A stretch of 64,000 bases of DNA from an uncultured Dehalococcoidales bacterium (GTDB taxonomy: Bacteria > Chloroflexota > Dehalococcoidia > GIF9 > UBA5629), in assembly GCA_964554375.1 (NCBI GenBank), contig CAZKOL010000005.1, positions 2,859-66,858 of the forward strand. Direction: 5' to 3'. This document shows positions 52,073 to 61,789 of this stretch, in pieces (the stretch's first letter is position 1; each line of letters begins with the position of its first letter). Under the pieces are notes generated by a model. The model was not told the origin of the DNA. It made no database searches and saw only the letters and a program-made list of their open reading frames with translations. A program made the position numbers and the translations under genes.

Positions 52073-52597
52073 TCAAAGATTCTCGTTCTGATATTGACCG
52101 CTGTACCCCTTACCCACACCGCCTGAGGTATGAAAGAAAACGAGCTGCAGTAAACGCGCGTTCCTGTGCAGCCTGAAGCCAAGGGGATTATAGACTACCA
52201 GCAATGACTGCGAACGGCCGGAATAGCCGGCATCCCAGACAGCGCTGTGCATGCTGACACCGCAACGGTTGAGGCTGGAGCGCGGCCTCCCCAGTGCCAT
52301 CACATAGTCCGGCAGTGTCACCACCTCATTGAAAGTGATCAGGTAGGGGCCGGGAAGCAAATCGAGGCCGCCGTCTACACCGAATTCCAGCCGCGTAAGG
52401 GCGGACAACTCCCTGGCACGGTTGCTGCCGGCTATCCTGCCCCGAGAAGAGAAATAGGCGACCTCTCTGACGGTCAGGTCGATTCCGTTGGGCTGGAGTT
52501 GCTCATCCAGGTCGACGGCATCCGCTATGAGGGGCGGCCGATTATCCTGCATGCGGAGTATATCCTGCCTCGTCAGGACGCCCCGATTATTAGTCAT
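52073..52597 (-). CDS. dCTP deaminase/dUTPase-superfamily protein (174 aa)
   Basis: 'LQPNGIDLTV' and 'PRSSLNRCGVSMHSAVWDAGYSGRSQSLL' match the Dcd/archaeal-Dut fold. The start is the ATG at 52597. The ORF track extends to 52774. Confidence 0.7.
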   Translation of the reverse strand: MTNNRGVLTRQDILRMQDNRPPLIADAVDLDEQLQPNGIDLTVREVAYFSSRGRIAGSNRARELSALTRLEFGVDGGLDLLPGPYLITFNEVVTLPDYVMALGRPRSSLNRCGVSMHSAVWDAGYSGRSQSLLVVYNPLGFRLHRNARLLQLVFFHTSGGVGKGYSGQYQNENL

Positions 52598-52694
52598 CCC
52601 GTATTTATTCCCACCTTGTGCAAATGATGTTATTATAATACGGATTCCAGGGAATGTCAGAATATTCACAACCGGGGTATCGAGGAGCGCCCAC

Positions 52695-53432
52695 ATGGTA
52701 GATAAGAACGGAATTGAAAAACTGGATAATGCCGCTCTGAGCAAGCTCGCTGTGGACCTGGTCAGACGCAGCATTATGCATTACGGGATATGGTTCAGCG
52801 AGGTGGACCACCAGCTCGGGCTGGAAAAGGCGCTGCAGATAGAGCACGAGGTCTTCGGCAAATTGTATCCGCTGGTGATCAAGCGCCTGGCGAGTGCACT
52901 GGGATTGGCCGTAGATAACGGCCTTACTCAAGCACTGTCTGATCTACCGAGGGATAAGATGATATCGCTGATCAATGCCATCTCCGCCAACTGGCTGGCC
53001 GGTGACGGCCTGTGGTTCCAGGCCGTGGAGTCCCGGCAGGAGATGTTCACAGCCAAGCGCTGCAACGATAGCTGCTGGGTAAAATTCTCCCCCTTCGAAG
53101 CTGAACGTATCAAATCGCTGTTGGATCTGCCGGACAAGGGTGGCCTGGATGCATTGGAAGCCGCCCTGGGCTACAGGCTCTACTCAAGGATCAACACCCA
53201 ATCTACGGAGAGGCAGGGAGACAGCCTGATCTTCAAAATGGTCAACTGCAGGGTCCAGGACGCGCGCAGGCGCAAGGGGCTGGATGACTACCCCTGCAAA
53301 TCGGCGGGCGTCGTGGAATACGCCAGCTTTGCGCGCACCATCGATCCGCGTATCAGGACCGACTGCATTGCCTGCCCGCCTGATGACCATCCGGATGACT
53401 GGTTCTGTGCCTGGAAGTTCTATATAGAATGA
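52695..53432 (+). CDS. Hypothetical Cys-rich protein (DUF6125-like, tentative)
   Basis: SD GAGGAG lies 7 nt before the ATG at 52695. The C-terminal 'NCRVQDARRRKGLDDYPCKSAGVVEYASFARTIDPRIRTDCIACPPDDHPDDWFCAWKF' has a distinctive Cys pattern. The stop overlaps the next gene's ATG as ATGA. Confidence 0.5.
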   Translation: MVDKNGIEKLDNAALSKLAVDLVRRSIMHYGIWFSEVDHQLGLEKALQIEHEVFGKLYPLVIKRLASALGLAVDNGLTQALSDLPRDKMISLINAISANWLAGDGLWFQAVESRQEMFTAKRCNDSCWVKFSPFEAERIKSLLDLPDKGGLDALEAALGYRLYSRINTQSTERQGDSLIFKMVNCRVQDARRRKGLDDYPCKSAGVVEYASFARTIDPRIRTDCIACPPDDHPDDWFCAWKFYIE

Positions 53433-54748
53433 GTGCCAGCAGGGTTGTGGTCATAGGAGGGGGGGCAGGAGGCATGCTTGCCGCCGGCCGTGCAGCAGAA
53501 CTGGGCGCCGATGTTACCCTGTTGGAAAAAACGGAGCGCCTCGGCAAGAAGGTACTGATCAGCGGCAACGGGCGTTGCAACCTCAGCAATACCAGGGAGA
53601 TCAATGAATTCATCACAATGTTCGGCCCCGACGGCAGGTTTCTTTATCCCGCCTTCCAGCATTTTTTCCGCGATGACCTGCTGAAGCTGTTGGCGCGCTC
53701 CGGCATTCAAACGTTTGCTGAGCCGGACGGGCGCATCTTCCCTGTTTCGGGAAAATCAGCCGATGTCGTGAAGGCATTGGAAAAGTATCTGTCGGGCAAC
53801 GGTGTGAATGTGATCACCGGGGCAAAGGTAACAGCAGTTGAATTCGCTGGCGGCACGGTCACCGGTGCGAAAACCGCAACGGCTGATAACCGTGCCGATG
53901 CGGTGGTGCTGGCCACAGGAGGGGCTTCCTATCCTCAGACCGGTTCGACTGGCGACGGCTACCGCATGGCTGAAAAGCTGGGGCACAGCGTGACCCCTCT
54001 GCGGCCGGCCCTGGTCCCGCTGGTGGTAACAGATAAGCAGGGCGCGGCAGGACTGCAGGGCATCAGCCTGCCCGACGTACGGCTTACTTCCTTTGCCTGC
54101 AGGGCAGCAGACATTGACACTTCAACCGCTCCACGGGCTGACAGGGGACGGGGCCTCGGTTCAGCCAGACCCCGGCCTCCCATCATCGAGAGCCGCAGGG
54201 GCGGCATTATCTTCACACACTACGGCCTGAGCGGGCCGGCAGCCCTGCTCATGAGCCTGGCAGTTGTCGATGCGCTGGCAGCGGGGCCGGTCAGCCTGGC
54301 TATCGATCTCGTACCGGGCAAAACCTTTTCGCAACTGTCGGAAGACCTCAGGGAGACAATTAATGCGCACGGCGGCAGGCAAATCAAGAGCGTGCTCGAC
54401 GAATCGCTTTCGTACCGGATCGTCCGGGCAATCCTGGCCGGCGCCGGGATACCGGCAGATATCAAAGCCGGCCAGGTGACGGCAAGGCAACGCCAGGCCC
54501 TAGCATATGCGCTCAAGGGCTTCACGTTCGACGTGGAAAGCACACGTCCGCTGAAGGAGGCCATGGTGACGGCAGGAGGTGTTTCTTTGAAGGAAGTCGA
54601 CCCCCGTACCATGCAGTCTAAAATAATCCGGGGCCTTTATTTCTGCGGCGAGGTGCTCGACCTGGATGCCGATACGGGCGGCTTCAATTTGCAGGCGGCT
54701 TTCTCTACAGGGTACCTGGCGGGTGAATGCGCCGCACATGCGCGCTGA
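53429..54748 (+). CDS. HI0933/BaiN-like NAD(FAD)-utilising flavoprotein
   Basis: 'VVVIGGGAGGMLAAGRAAELGADVTLLEK', 'ISGNGRCNLSN', 'FTHYGLSGPA' and the C-terminal 'LYFCGEVLDLDADTGGFNLQ'. Confidence 0.85.
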   Translation: MSASRVVVIGGGAGGMLAAGRAAELGADVTLLEKTERLGKKVLISGNGRCNLSNTREINEFITMFGPDGRFLYPAFQHFFRDDLLKLLARSGIQTFAEPDGRIFPVSGKSADVVKALEKYLSGNGVNVITGAKVTAVEFAGGTVTGAKTATADNRADAVVLATGGASYPQTGSTGDGYRMAEKLGHSVTPLRPALVPLVVTDKQGAAGLQGISLPDVRLTSFACRAADIDTSTAPRADRGRGLGSARPRPPIIESRRGGIIFTHYGLSGPAALLMSLAVVDALAAGPVSLAIDLVPGKTFSQLSEDLRETINAHGGRQIKSVLDESLSYRIVRAILAGAGIPADIKAGQVTARQRQALAYALKGFTFDVESTRPLKEAMVTAGGVSLKEVDPRTMQSKIIRGLYFCGEVLDLDADTGGFNLQAAFSTGYLAGECAAHAR

Positions 54749-54750
54749 CA

Positions 54751-55332
54751 TCAGGCAGGCAGAGTTATATCAAATCGCCTCAGTACTGAGGCCAGCGCAC
54801 AGAGGGGAAGGCCCATGACGTTATAGTAATCACCCTCGATCTTCGCCACCAGCAGCGCCCCCAACCCCTGTATGGCATAAGCGCCCGCCTTGTCCAGCGG
54901 CTCACCCGTCTCCACATACCTGGCGATCTCCGACCGTCCCAGCTTCCTGAAATACACCCTGGTCTCCACCGCCCGCGAGACAGCCCTGCCTGTGGCTGAA
55001 TCGATGACGGTAAAACCCGTTATCACGCTGTGGCGCCTGCCGCTTAGCTCCTTCAGCATCCTGCGCGCGTGACCTGCGTCCACCGGCTTGCCCAGTATCA
55101 CCCCGTCGAGCACACCAAACGTGTCCGCAGCTATGATAATTGAACCTGTGTGGCGTGATGCCGCCGCCTGTGCTTTGTGCAGCGAGAGTGCCTTTGCCAG
55201 CCCCACAGGCTTCAAACCGGTAGTCATTACCTCAGGGATCTCAACCGGGTCCACGGTGAACTTGAGGCCGATATTTTCCAGCAGCTCCCTGCGGCGGGGC
55301 GAAGCTGAAGCAAGCACAACGGATCTTGTCAT
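54751..55332 (-). CDS. maf: Maf-like nucleoside-triphosphate pyrophosphatase
   Basis: 'VVLASASPRRRELL' and 'DKAGAYAIQG'. Confidence 0.9.
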   Translation of the reverse strand: MTRSVVLASASPRRRELLENIGLKFTVDPVEIPEVMTTGLKPVGLAKALSLHKAQAAASRHTGSIIIAADTFGVLDGVILGKPVDAGHARRMLKELSGRRHSVITGFTVIDSATGRAVSRAVETRVYFRKLGRSEIARYVETGEPLDKAGAYAIQGLGALLVAKIEGDYYNVMGLPLCALASVLRRFDITLPA

Positions 55333-55447
55333 GCCGACAATTTAGATCAAGGTTGCGGACCTGTCAACCTTTTCTCCGGCTATTTCAGATGAGCGCAGCC
55401 GTTTTCTATCAAGTTTAGCCCGTGCTATACTTTGTCGCTGTTGTGAT

Positions 55448-57604
55448 ATGATAAACCCGATGTCGAGGATTAAGCTTAAGATCACGGGCAAGATCCTGAT
55501 CATATTGCTGGGGCTAGCGCTTATTTCGCTCACTGTCTTCTCAGCTTTAGCGCTGAACAACATGGCCAACATGGGCAAATACGCGCTGGAGAGCAACGCC
55601 TCTTTAGGCGCAAGCGCTGTCAGCGACAGCACCGACGCCCTCGAGAAACAGGCCAAAGAGCAGCTCCTGGCGATGGCCATAGACCAGGCAGTCATCAGCG
55701 ACGCGCTCTTTAAAAATGTGGAATCTGAGACCTCGCTGGTGGCCAGCTACATGGCGGAGCTCTGGAAAAGGCCGTCGGATTTCTCCGGGAGCCACACGTA
55801 TTTCCAGGATGAGCAGCCGGACACCATCTACACATCTTCGGTCAGCGTGCTGGCGCCGGGCGTTGCTCCCGCAACGGTCAGCGCTGACCTGAGGCTGCTG
55901 TCCAACCTTAACAGCGTGTTCATCCCTATCTTCCAGACGGACCCCAACCTGACCCAGCTATATGTAGGCACGGAATCCGGCATAGCCCAGCTCTATCCCT
56001 GGGCAACGGGTATACCCGACAGTTTCGACCCGCGCCAGCGCGAGTGGTATATCAGGGCAAAGCAAAACAGGTCGCTCGGCTGGACCAATACTATGATCGA
56101 CGCCGTCAGCGGCAAGCCGATGGTCACATGCTACAAGCCGGTTTACGATGAAAAGCGCAGGCTGATCGGGGTGGTCGGCGCGGACGTGACTGCCGAGACC
56201 ATCAACCAGAGGATTATCGGCACGCAGATCGGCAAGAACGGGTACGCGTTCCTCATCGACAGCAAGGGCAACCTCATAGCGCACCCGCGCATGCAGGGTG
56301 TAGCCGGGAAGTGGGATGAGGCCTTTGAAACAGGCAACCTGTTAAACGCCAGGGACCCTGATCTGGCCGGCATAGCAGCGGAGATGGTTGACGGTATGGC
56401 GGGAGTGGGCAGGTGCTGGCTGGACGGCAGCGATAAGTTTATAGCCTACGCCCCCGTAACAAGCACCGGCTGGTCGATCGGCATCGCCATGCCGATCGAT
56501 GAGATAGTGGCGCCGGTACAGGCGACCAAAGAACGCATAGACACTGCCACGGCTGATTTCTCGGCCAGGATCAACCGGCAGATAAGTGAAATGTTGACCA
56601 TCCTGATACTTACGTCGGCAGGCATAATCGTGGCAGTGGCGGGCATAGCCTACTTTCTCGCCAGGCGCATAACCCGCCCCATCATAGCCTTAAACCGGGG
56701 CGTACAGGTCATCGGGCAGGGTGACCTTGACCACAGGCTGGTGATCACGACCGGTGACGAGGTACAGGACCTGGCCGGGGCATTCAACAAAATGGTGGAA
56801 GACCTCAAAGTCTATATACGCAACCTGCAGGAGACGACCTCCGCCAAGGAGAGGATTGAGAGCGAACTGCGCGTTGCCACCGAGATCCAGACCAGCATGC
56901 TGCCCAGGCTGTTTCCGCCTTTCCCGGACCGCAAAGAGTTCGACCTCTATGCCACTATGCAGCCTGCCAGGGAGGTGGGGGGTGATTTCTACGACTTCTT
57001 CTTTATCGGTCCCACAAAACTATGCCTGATTATCGGCGACGTCTGCGGCAAAGGTATCCCGGCCGCCCTTTTCATGGCCATCAGCAAGACCCTGCTGCGC
57101 ACCGAGGCGCTGCATGAGCCATCGCCTGATCACGTACTGTTCAACGTGAATAACACCCTCTACCCCGACAACGAGGCCTCCATGTTTTTCACCGGTCTGT
57201 GCGCGGTGCTTGACACTGAAACCGGCGAACTGACCATGGCCAACGGTGGCCATAACCCGCCGCTTTTCTGTCCTGCGGGAGGCGAATTCCGGTATATTAA
57301 CCTGCCCAAGGGACTGGTGGTGGGCGCCCTGCCCGACACAGCTTACCTGTCAAACAACTATACCATGAGGCCGCACGACACGCTGGTGATGTATACGGAC
57401 GGGGTAACCGAGGCCATGGACGGCCGGGGTCGACTGTACTCCGAGGCGAGGCTCTTAGGCTGCCTCAATGACCTGCAGGGCAAGAGCGTGGCCGATATCG
57501 TTCACGGGGTGAGAGTGGATATTGAGACTTTTACCGGCGGCACGGAGCAGTCCGACGATATCACTATCCTCGTCCTCGAATTCAACGGCAGCGGGCAATC
57601 CTAA
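55448..57604 (+). CDS. Cache-HAMP-PP2C (SpoIIE/RsbU-type) sensor phosphatase
   Basis: An N-terminal TM helix, an extracytoplasmic dCache-like domain, a second TM helix and a HAMP domain. The PP2C blocks are 'GGDFYDFF', 'GDVCGKGIPAALFM' and 'YTDGVTEA'. Confidence 0.85.
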   Translation: MINPMSRIKLKITGKILIILLGLALISLTVFSALALNNMANMGKYALESNASLGASAVSDSTDALEKQAKEQLLAMAIDQAVISDALFKNVESETSLVASYMAELWKRPSDFSGSHTYFQDEQPDTIYTSSVSVLAPGVAPATVSADLRLLSNLNSVFIPIFQTDPNLTQLYVGTESGIAQLYPWATGIPDSFDPRQREWYIRAKQNRSLGWTNTMIDAVSGKPMVTCYKPVYDEKRRLIGVVGADVTAETINQRIIGTQIGKNGYAFLIDSKGNLIAHPRMQGVAGKWDEAFETGNLLNARDPDLAGIAAEMVDGMAGVGRCWLDGSDKFIAYAPVTSTGWSIGIAMPIDEIVAPVQATKERIDTATADFSARINRQISEMLTILILTSAGIIVAVAGIAYFLARRITRPIIALNRGVQVIGQGDLDHRLVITTGDEVQDLAGAFNKMVEDLKVYIRNLQETTSAKERIESELRVATEIQTSMLPRLFPPFPDRKEFDLYATMQPAREVGGDFYDFFFIGPTKLCLIIGDVCGKGIPAALFMAISKTLLRTEALHEPSPDHVLFNVNNTLYPDNEASMFFTGLCAVLDTETGELTMANGGHNPPLFCPAGGEFRYINLPKGLVVGALPDTAYLSNNYTMRPHDTLVMYTDGVTEAMDGRGRLYSEARLLGCLNDLQGKSVADIVHGVRVDIETFTGGTEQSDDITILVLEFNGSGQS

Positions 57605-58374
57605 ACATAGAGCAGGCCGCCGTCCACTATGACAGTATGCCCCGTCACATATCTGGAGGCATCCGAGGCCAGGTAAATCATGGTGCCTACCATATCGTCA
57701 GGCTCGCCGATGCGGCCCACAGGGACGCTCTTGCGGCACTCCTCCTGGCGGCCGGGCCTAACTTCGAAGCTGGAATCCAATAGTTTCGTGTGTACAAAAC
57801 CCGGGGCGATAGTGTTGACGCGTATGTTATAGGGCGCCAGCTCCCTGGCCATGACCTTACTGGCCATGATCACCCCGGCCTTGCTCACAGCATACACACC
57901 GTTATCCATCTCGGGAAGGAATCCGTCGATGGACGATACATTGATGATGCAGCCCCCACCCTGTTCCTTCATGATCCGCGCGACGGCCTGGCTGAGAAAA
58001 TACAGCCCCTTTATATTCAGGCCCATCACAGTATCCCACAGCCGTTCCTCGGTCTCGAGGAACGAGGAGAAGATGGGGCTGGTGCCCGCGTTATTAATCA
58101 GTATGTCTATGCGGCCGAATGCAGCCCTGGCGGTATCGGCCACCTTTCTTACATCGCTCATCTTCCCCAGGTTTGCGCTGATGACCAGCGCCCGCCTGCC
58201 CGCAGCCCTGATATCATCTGCAGCTTTCTCGAGGTCTTCGACCTTGCGGCTGGTCAGCACGATATCAGACCCCGCCCTGGCGAAAGCCAATGCGGTGGCG
58301 CGCCCTATGCCTCTGCTGGCGCCGGTGACCACTGTGACCTTGCCCTCTAAAGAGAATTGCTTCAAGTCTGACAT
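57601..58374 (-). CDS. SDR-family oxidoreductase (FabG-like)
   Basis: 'VVTGASRGIGRA', 'NNAG' and 'YAVSKAG'. The start is the ATG at 58374, with GGAGG 9 nt upstream. Confidence 0.88.
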   Translation of the reverse strand: MSDLKQFSLEGKVTVVTGASRGIGRATALAFARAGSDIVLTSRKVEDLEKAADDIRAAGRRALVISANLGKMSDVRKVADTARAAFGRIDILINNAGTSPIFSSFLETEERLWDTVMGLNIKGLYFLSQAVARIMKEQGGGCIINVSSIDGFLPEMDNGVYAVSKAGVIMASKVMARELAPYNIRVNTIAPGFVHTKLLDSSFEVRPGRQEECRKSVPVGRIGEPDDMVGTMIYLASDASRYVTGHTVIVDGGLLYV

Positions 58375-58500
58375 CGCAAAATACCTCCGCATAAATCGAT
58401 AAAAAAACGATATCCAACTTTATGAAGCCTGTCGCCTTTTGTCAAGCCTGTCGGCGTTCTGCTAAGATGCAATAGCCATAATCGAAAGGAGGCAGTTATC

Positions 58501-59805
58501 ATGTGCGACACAATCGTTGCCCTCGGCCCATCCACCAGGGAGGGGATTACCCTTTTCGGCAAGAACAGCGACCGCGAGCCGGATGAAGTACAGAATATTA
58601 TCATCGTCCCGCACAAACAACATAAGCCGGGTGAAACGATCAAATGCACCTATATTACGATACCGCAGGCAGCTGAGACGGCGCGTGTGCTTCTCTCACA
58701 GCCCTTCTGGATGTTCGGCGCTGAGATGGGCGCCAACGAATACGGAGTGATGATCGGCAACGAGGCGGTTTTCACGCGTGAGAAGCCGTCCGCCAGCGGC
58801 CTCACGGGCATGGACCTGCTGCGCCTGGCCTTGGAAAGGGGTAAGACGGCGCGTGAGGCCATGGACACCATTATCAGCCTGCTCGAGCAGCACGGACAGG
58901 GCGGCAACTGCGGCTACCGCCAGAAGTTTTTGTATATGAACAGCTGGCTGATAGCAGATGAGCGTGAAGCCTATGTGCTGGAAAGCGTTAAATCATGGTG
59001 GGCCTGGAAGCGGATAACGGACCACTGGAGCATCTCCAACGTCCTCTCGCTGGAAAAGGACTTCGACGCGGTATCGCCCGGCCTGATCGAAAATGCCGTC
59101 AAGAAAGGCTGGTGCAGGAGCGCATCGGACTTCAACCTGAGGAAGTGCTATTCCGACCCCATCATTACCTGGGGCGCAGCAGGCAAAGCCAGGCAGGCCT
59201 GCTCCAGGGACAACCTGGCGCTGAAAAAAGGCGACCTTACGACTGCAGATTTCATGGCCATCCTGCGCCATCACGGGGGCAGGAAGGATTTTCTCCCGCA
59301 TAAGCACGGTGGAACAGTGTGCATGCATGCCGCCGACAAGCTGATCCGCCGCAGCCAGTCGGTGGCCTCCATGGTGGGCAATGTCAGCAGCAGGGGCCAC
59401 TACTATTACGTTACGGGGGCGTCCAATCCCTGCCTGAGCCCCTTCTACCCCATCTTCGCCCCCGGCACAATCAGCCCGGCGGGCTACCTGGAGGGTGGGG
59501 CGGAATACAGCCCGGAAGTCTACTGGTGGGAATCCGAAAAGCTACACCGCAGGGCGCTGCACCACTTCCCGACGGCCCTGAAATCGGCTCAGCAGAAGAT
59601 ACAGGAATACGAGCGGGACATGGTCCAGACACTCGAAGAGAAAAAAATCACCTGCAATCAGGCTACCATCGACAGCTATTTCAGCCGGGCCAGGAAGATA
59701 GTGGACGACTGGGGAGCGGAGTTGGACGCTATGCCCAAAATCAAACACAACTGGCTCTTTCAGCGCTACTGGCAGGGCTACCATCGGCTGAACGGGACCG
59801 GCTGA
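58501..59805 (+). CDS. C69-family/secernin-like Ntn-hydrolase peptidase
   Basis: 'MCDTIVALGPSTREGITLFGKNSDREPDEVQ' places the nucleophile Cys at position 2, with a secernin-like N-terminal block. Confidence 0.7.
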   Translation: MCDTIVALGPSTREGITLFGKNSDREPDEVQNIIIVPHKQHKPGETIKCTYITIPQAAETARVLLSQPFWMFGAEMGANEYGVMIGNEAVFTREKPSASGLTGMDLLRLALERGKTAREAMDTIISLLEQHGQGGNCGYRQKFLYMNSWLIADEREAYVLESVKSWWAWKRITDHWSISNVLSLEKDFDAVSPGLIENAVKKGWCRSASDFNLRKCYSDPIITWGAAGKARQACSRDNLALKKGDLTTADFMAILRHHGGRKDFLPHKHGGTVCMHAADKLIRRSQSVASMVGNVSSRGHYYYVTGASNPCLSPFYPIFAPGTISPAGYLEGGAEYSPEVYWWESEKLHRRALHHFPTALKSAQQKIQEYERDMVQTLEEKKITCNQATIDSYFSRARKIVDDWGAELDAMPKIKHNWLFQRYWQGYHRLNGTG

Positions 59806-59815
59806 ACTATAAATT

Positions 59816-59842
59816 GTCATTGCGGGTCTGGCGAAGCAATCC
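59816..59842. repeat. Single copy of the GTCATTGCG...GCGAAGCAATC repeat
   Basis: gtcattgcgggtctggcgaagcaatcc matches gtcattgcgagcgaagcgaagcaatct at 4439, with roughly 21 of 27 positions identical by eye. It lies 11 nt after the C69 peptidase stop. Confidence 0.55.
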
Positions 59843-59891
59843 GCCGGTATTGCCCGGCCGCCACATCCTCTTTAACGCCCTGAATCATTTT

Positions 59892-59920
59892 TTGACAAAA
59901 TCCGGGGTTTGTTATATATT
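59892..59920 (+). promoter_or_regulatory. Near-consensus sigma-70 promoter placed for a leaderless marR transcript
   Basis: TTGACA (59892-59897), a 17-nt spacer, then TATATT (59915-59920). The A of the ATG at 59927 lies 7 nt after the -10 box. Confidence 0.45.
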
Positions 59921-59926
59921 TTCATT

Positions 59927-60460
59927 ATGGAAATTTTGCGTAATGATAATAAATTACGGCGTTCCAGTTTAAGGAAAGCTGACGCGGTCCAAGTCAGTTC
60001 CGTAGTGCAGGGTTTCGTACAGATGTGGATCAAGTTCGAGGCTGCTTTGCACAGGGAGATAGCCTTAAAGCAGACGAGGGGCGGGGACCAGGTGGAGAGC
60101 AGGAGGCTGCAGTCCTATATCGACTATGGCATTTTTTACAGGGTGAGCAGCAGCATACTTAGAAGCGGCGAGCTTACCATGGGAGAGCTGAGCGGCGCCC
60201 TCTCCGTTCCTTTCAGCAAGGCGACCAGGATCGTCGACAGCCTGGTAGACGACGGGTATCTCAAGCGTCTGCATGATCCGGACGACCGGCGCGTCATAAG
60301 AGTGGCGCTGACTGAAAAAGGGAGCCGGCTGCACAGGACCATCGAGAGCTTCACAGGCGAACACGTACAGGAGATACTCTCCGGCCTCACTCACGAGGAG
60401 CAGGAGATACTCTTTGTGCTCATCCGCAAGGTGGTCTCAGCCCTCGAGAAGGTGACCTGA
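59927..60460 (+). CDS. MarR-family transcriptional regulator
   Basis: Winged-helix block 'MGELSGALSVPFSKATRIVDSLVDDGYLKRLHDPDDRRVIRVALTEKG'. The ORF-track TTG (59909) lies inside the predicted promoter, so the ATG at 59927 is preferred. An alternative ATG lies at 60023. Confidence 0.8.
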   Translation: MEILRNDNKLRRSSLRKADAVQVSSVVQGFVQMWIKFEAALHREIALKQTRGGDQVESRRLQSYIDYGIFYRVSSSILRSGELTMGELSGALSVPFSKATRIVDSLVDDGYLKRLHDPDDRRVIRVALTEKGSRLHRTIESFTGEHVQEILSGLTHEEQEILFVLIRKVVSALEKVT

Positions 60461-60529
60461 TTTTTTTAAATGTATATTTTCATTTTGCAACTATTTCTTT
60501 TTAATAACTTTATCAAGCGGAAATAACTC

Positions 60530-61786
60530 ATGAAAACTTTACTGGGCAATTTAAAGTTGGCAATATTCCTGGCCTTCAAATCAATGTTCAAGAGCAACAA
60601 GTGGGCTTTGGGGCTGATCATTGTGGTCATGGCCTTCAGCTTCGTGAACCTGATATTCACATCGGCTGTCATATCGGGCGTCATGGCCACCATGGACAAC
60701 CAGATGATCAACACTTTTTTCTCCAACGTGATCGTGAGCCCGATGGAGGATAAATATTACATAGAGCGGGCCGACGAGGTTGCATCCAAGATCACGCAGG
60801 TGGTTGGCGTAACCGAGACCTGCCAGCACCTCAACAGCAGCGGATTTTTCGAATACGGCTGGAAGGGGAAAAGCCTGCCCTGGGACAGGGTCAAGAGCGG
60901 CAGCTGGAACATTATCGGCATCGATCCCGTGCGGGAAGCCAGGGTCACCTCCATAGGCCATAACATGATCGAGGGACAATACCTGGATGAGGACGCGACA
61001 GGCGAAATCGTGCTGGGTGTGGAGGTGGCCGGCGGCAGCATGGCCCAGACCTCAGATTTTCTCACGCTGGGAGGCGTCAACGTGGGAGACAAGGTGAGGG
61101 TCACGTATCCTAACGGAATACAGCGGGAATATACGGTCAAGGGTATATTCCGCGCACGCGAGATAATGCAGGCCGACCACCTGGCCTTTGTCACCCGCAG
61201 GGAAATGGTCTCGGTCCTGGGCAGGTCTGCGTTTGCCAACAGGGCCAGCGAGATACTGGTAAAGGCTGACAGCAACGGCATCGAGGAGAGTCTGTCAGCC
61301 GATATGAAAGCATCCGGCATCGACCTTGAGATCAGGAGCTGGAAGGAGTACGGAGGGGCTTACCGCAGTGTGATCTCCACCTTCGAGATCATCGGCGCCA
61401 TCATCGGAGGCACTGGCCTGATCGTGGCCGCCATAGTCATGTTCATCGTAATTTATATCAATGTCCTCAGCAAGAAACGCCAGATCGGGATTTTAAGGGC
61501 CATAGGCATACCCCGCAACGCCGTTCTGGGCTCGTACCTGATTCAAGCATTGTCATATGCTTTGCTGGGCATCGCCCTGGGCTGGATAGTCATACGGCTT
61601 GTACTCCAGCCTTATTTCATAGTCAATCCCATCGACTTCCCATTTGGCTTCCTCAGCCTGAATATAGAATCCGGCAGGATCATAGGATCGGCCATCGGAT
61701 TGACAGCGGCCTCCGTCCTGGCAGGCCTGATCCCCTCCTGGACAGTTATGAGGGAAAGTATTATTAAAACCCTCTGGGGAGTATAG
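60530..61786 (+). CDS. ABC transporter permease, FtsX/MacB-like
   Basis: A TM helix, a large extracytoplasmic domain and three C-terminal TM helices. The FtsX box is 'LSKKRQIGILRAIGI'. Confidence 0.85.
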   Translation: MKTLLGNLKLAIFLAFKSMFKSNKWALGLIIVVMAFSFVNLIFTSAVISGVMATMDNQMINTFFSNVIVSPMEDKYYIERADEVASKITQVVGVTETCQHLNSSGFFEYGWKGKSLPWDRVKSGSWNIIGIDPVREARVTSIGHNMIEGQYLDEDATGEIVLGVEVAGGSMAQTSDFLTLGGVNVGDKVRVTYPNGIQREYTVKGIFRAREIMQADHLAFVTRREMVSVLGRSAFANRASEILVKADSNGIEESLSADMKASGIDLEIRSWKEYGGAYRSVISTFEIIGAIIGGTGLIVAAIVMFIVIYINVLSKKRQIGILRAIGIPRNAVLGSYLIQALSYALLGIALGWIVIRLVLQPYFIVNPIDFPFGFLSLNIESGRIIGSAIGLTAASVLAGLIPSWTVMRESIIKTLWGV

Positions 61787-61789
61787 GCT

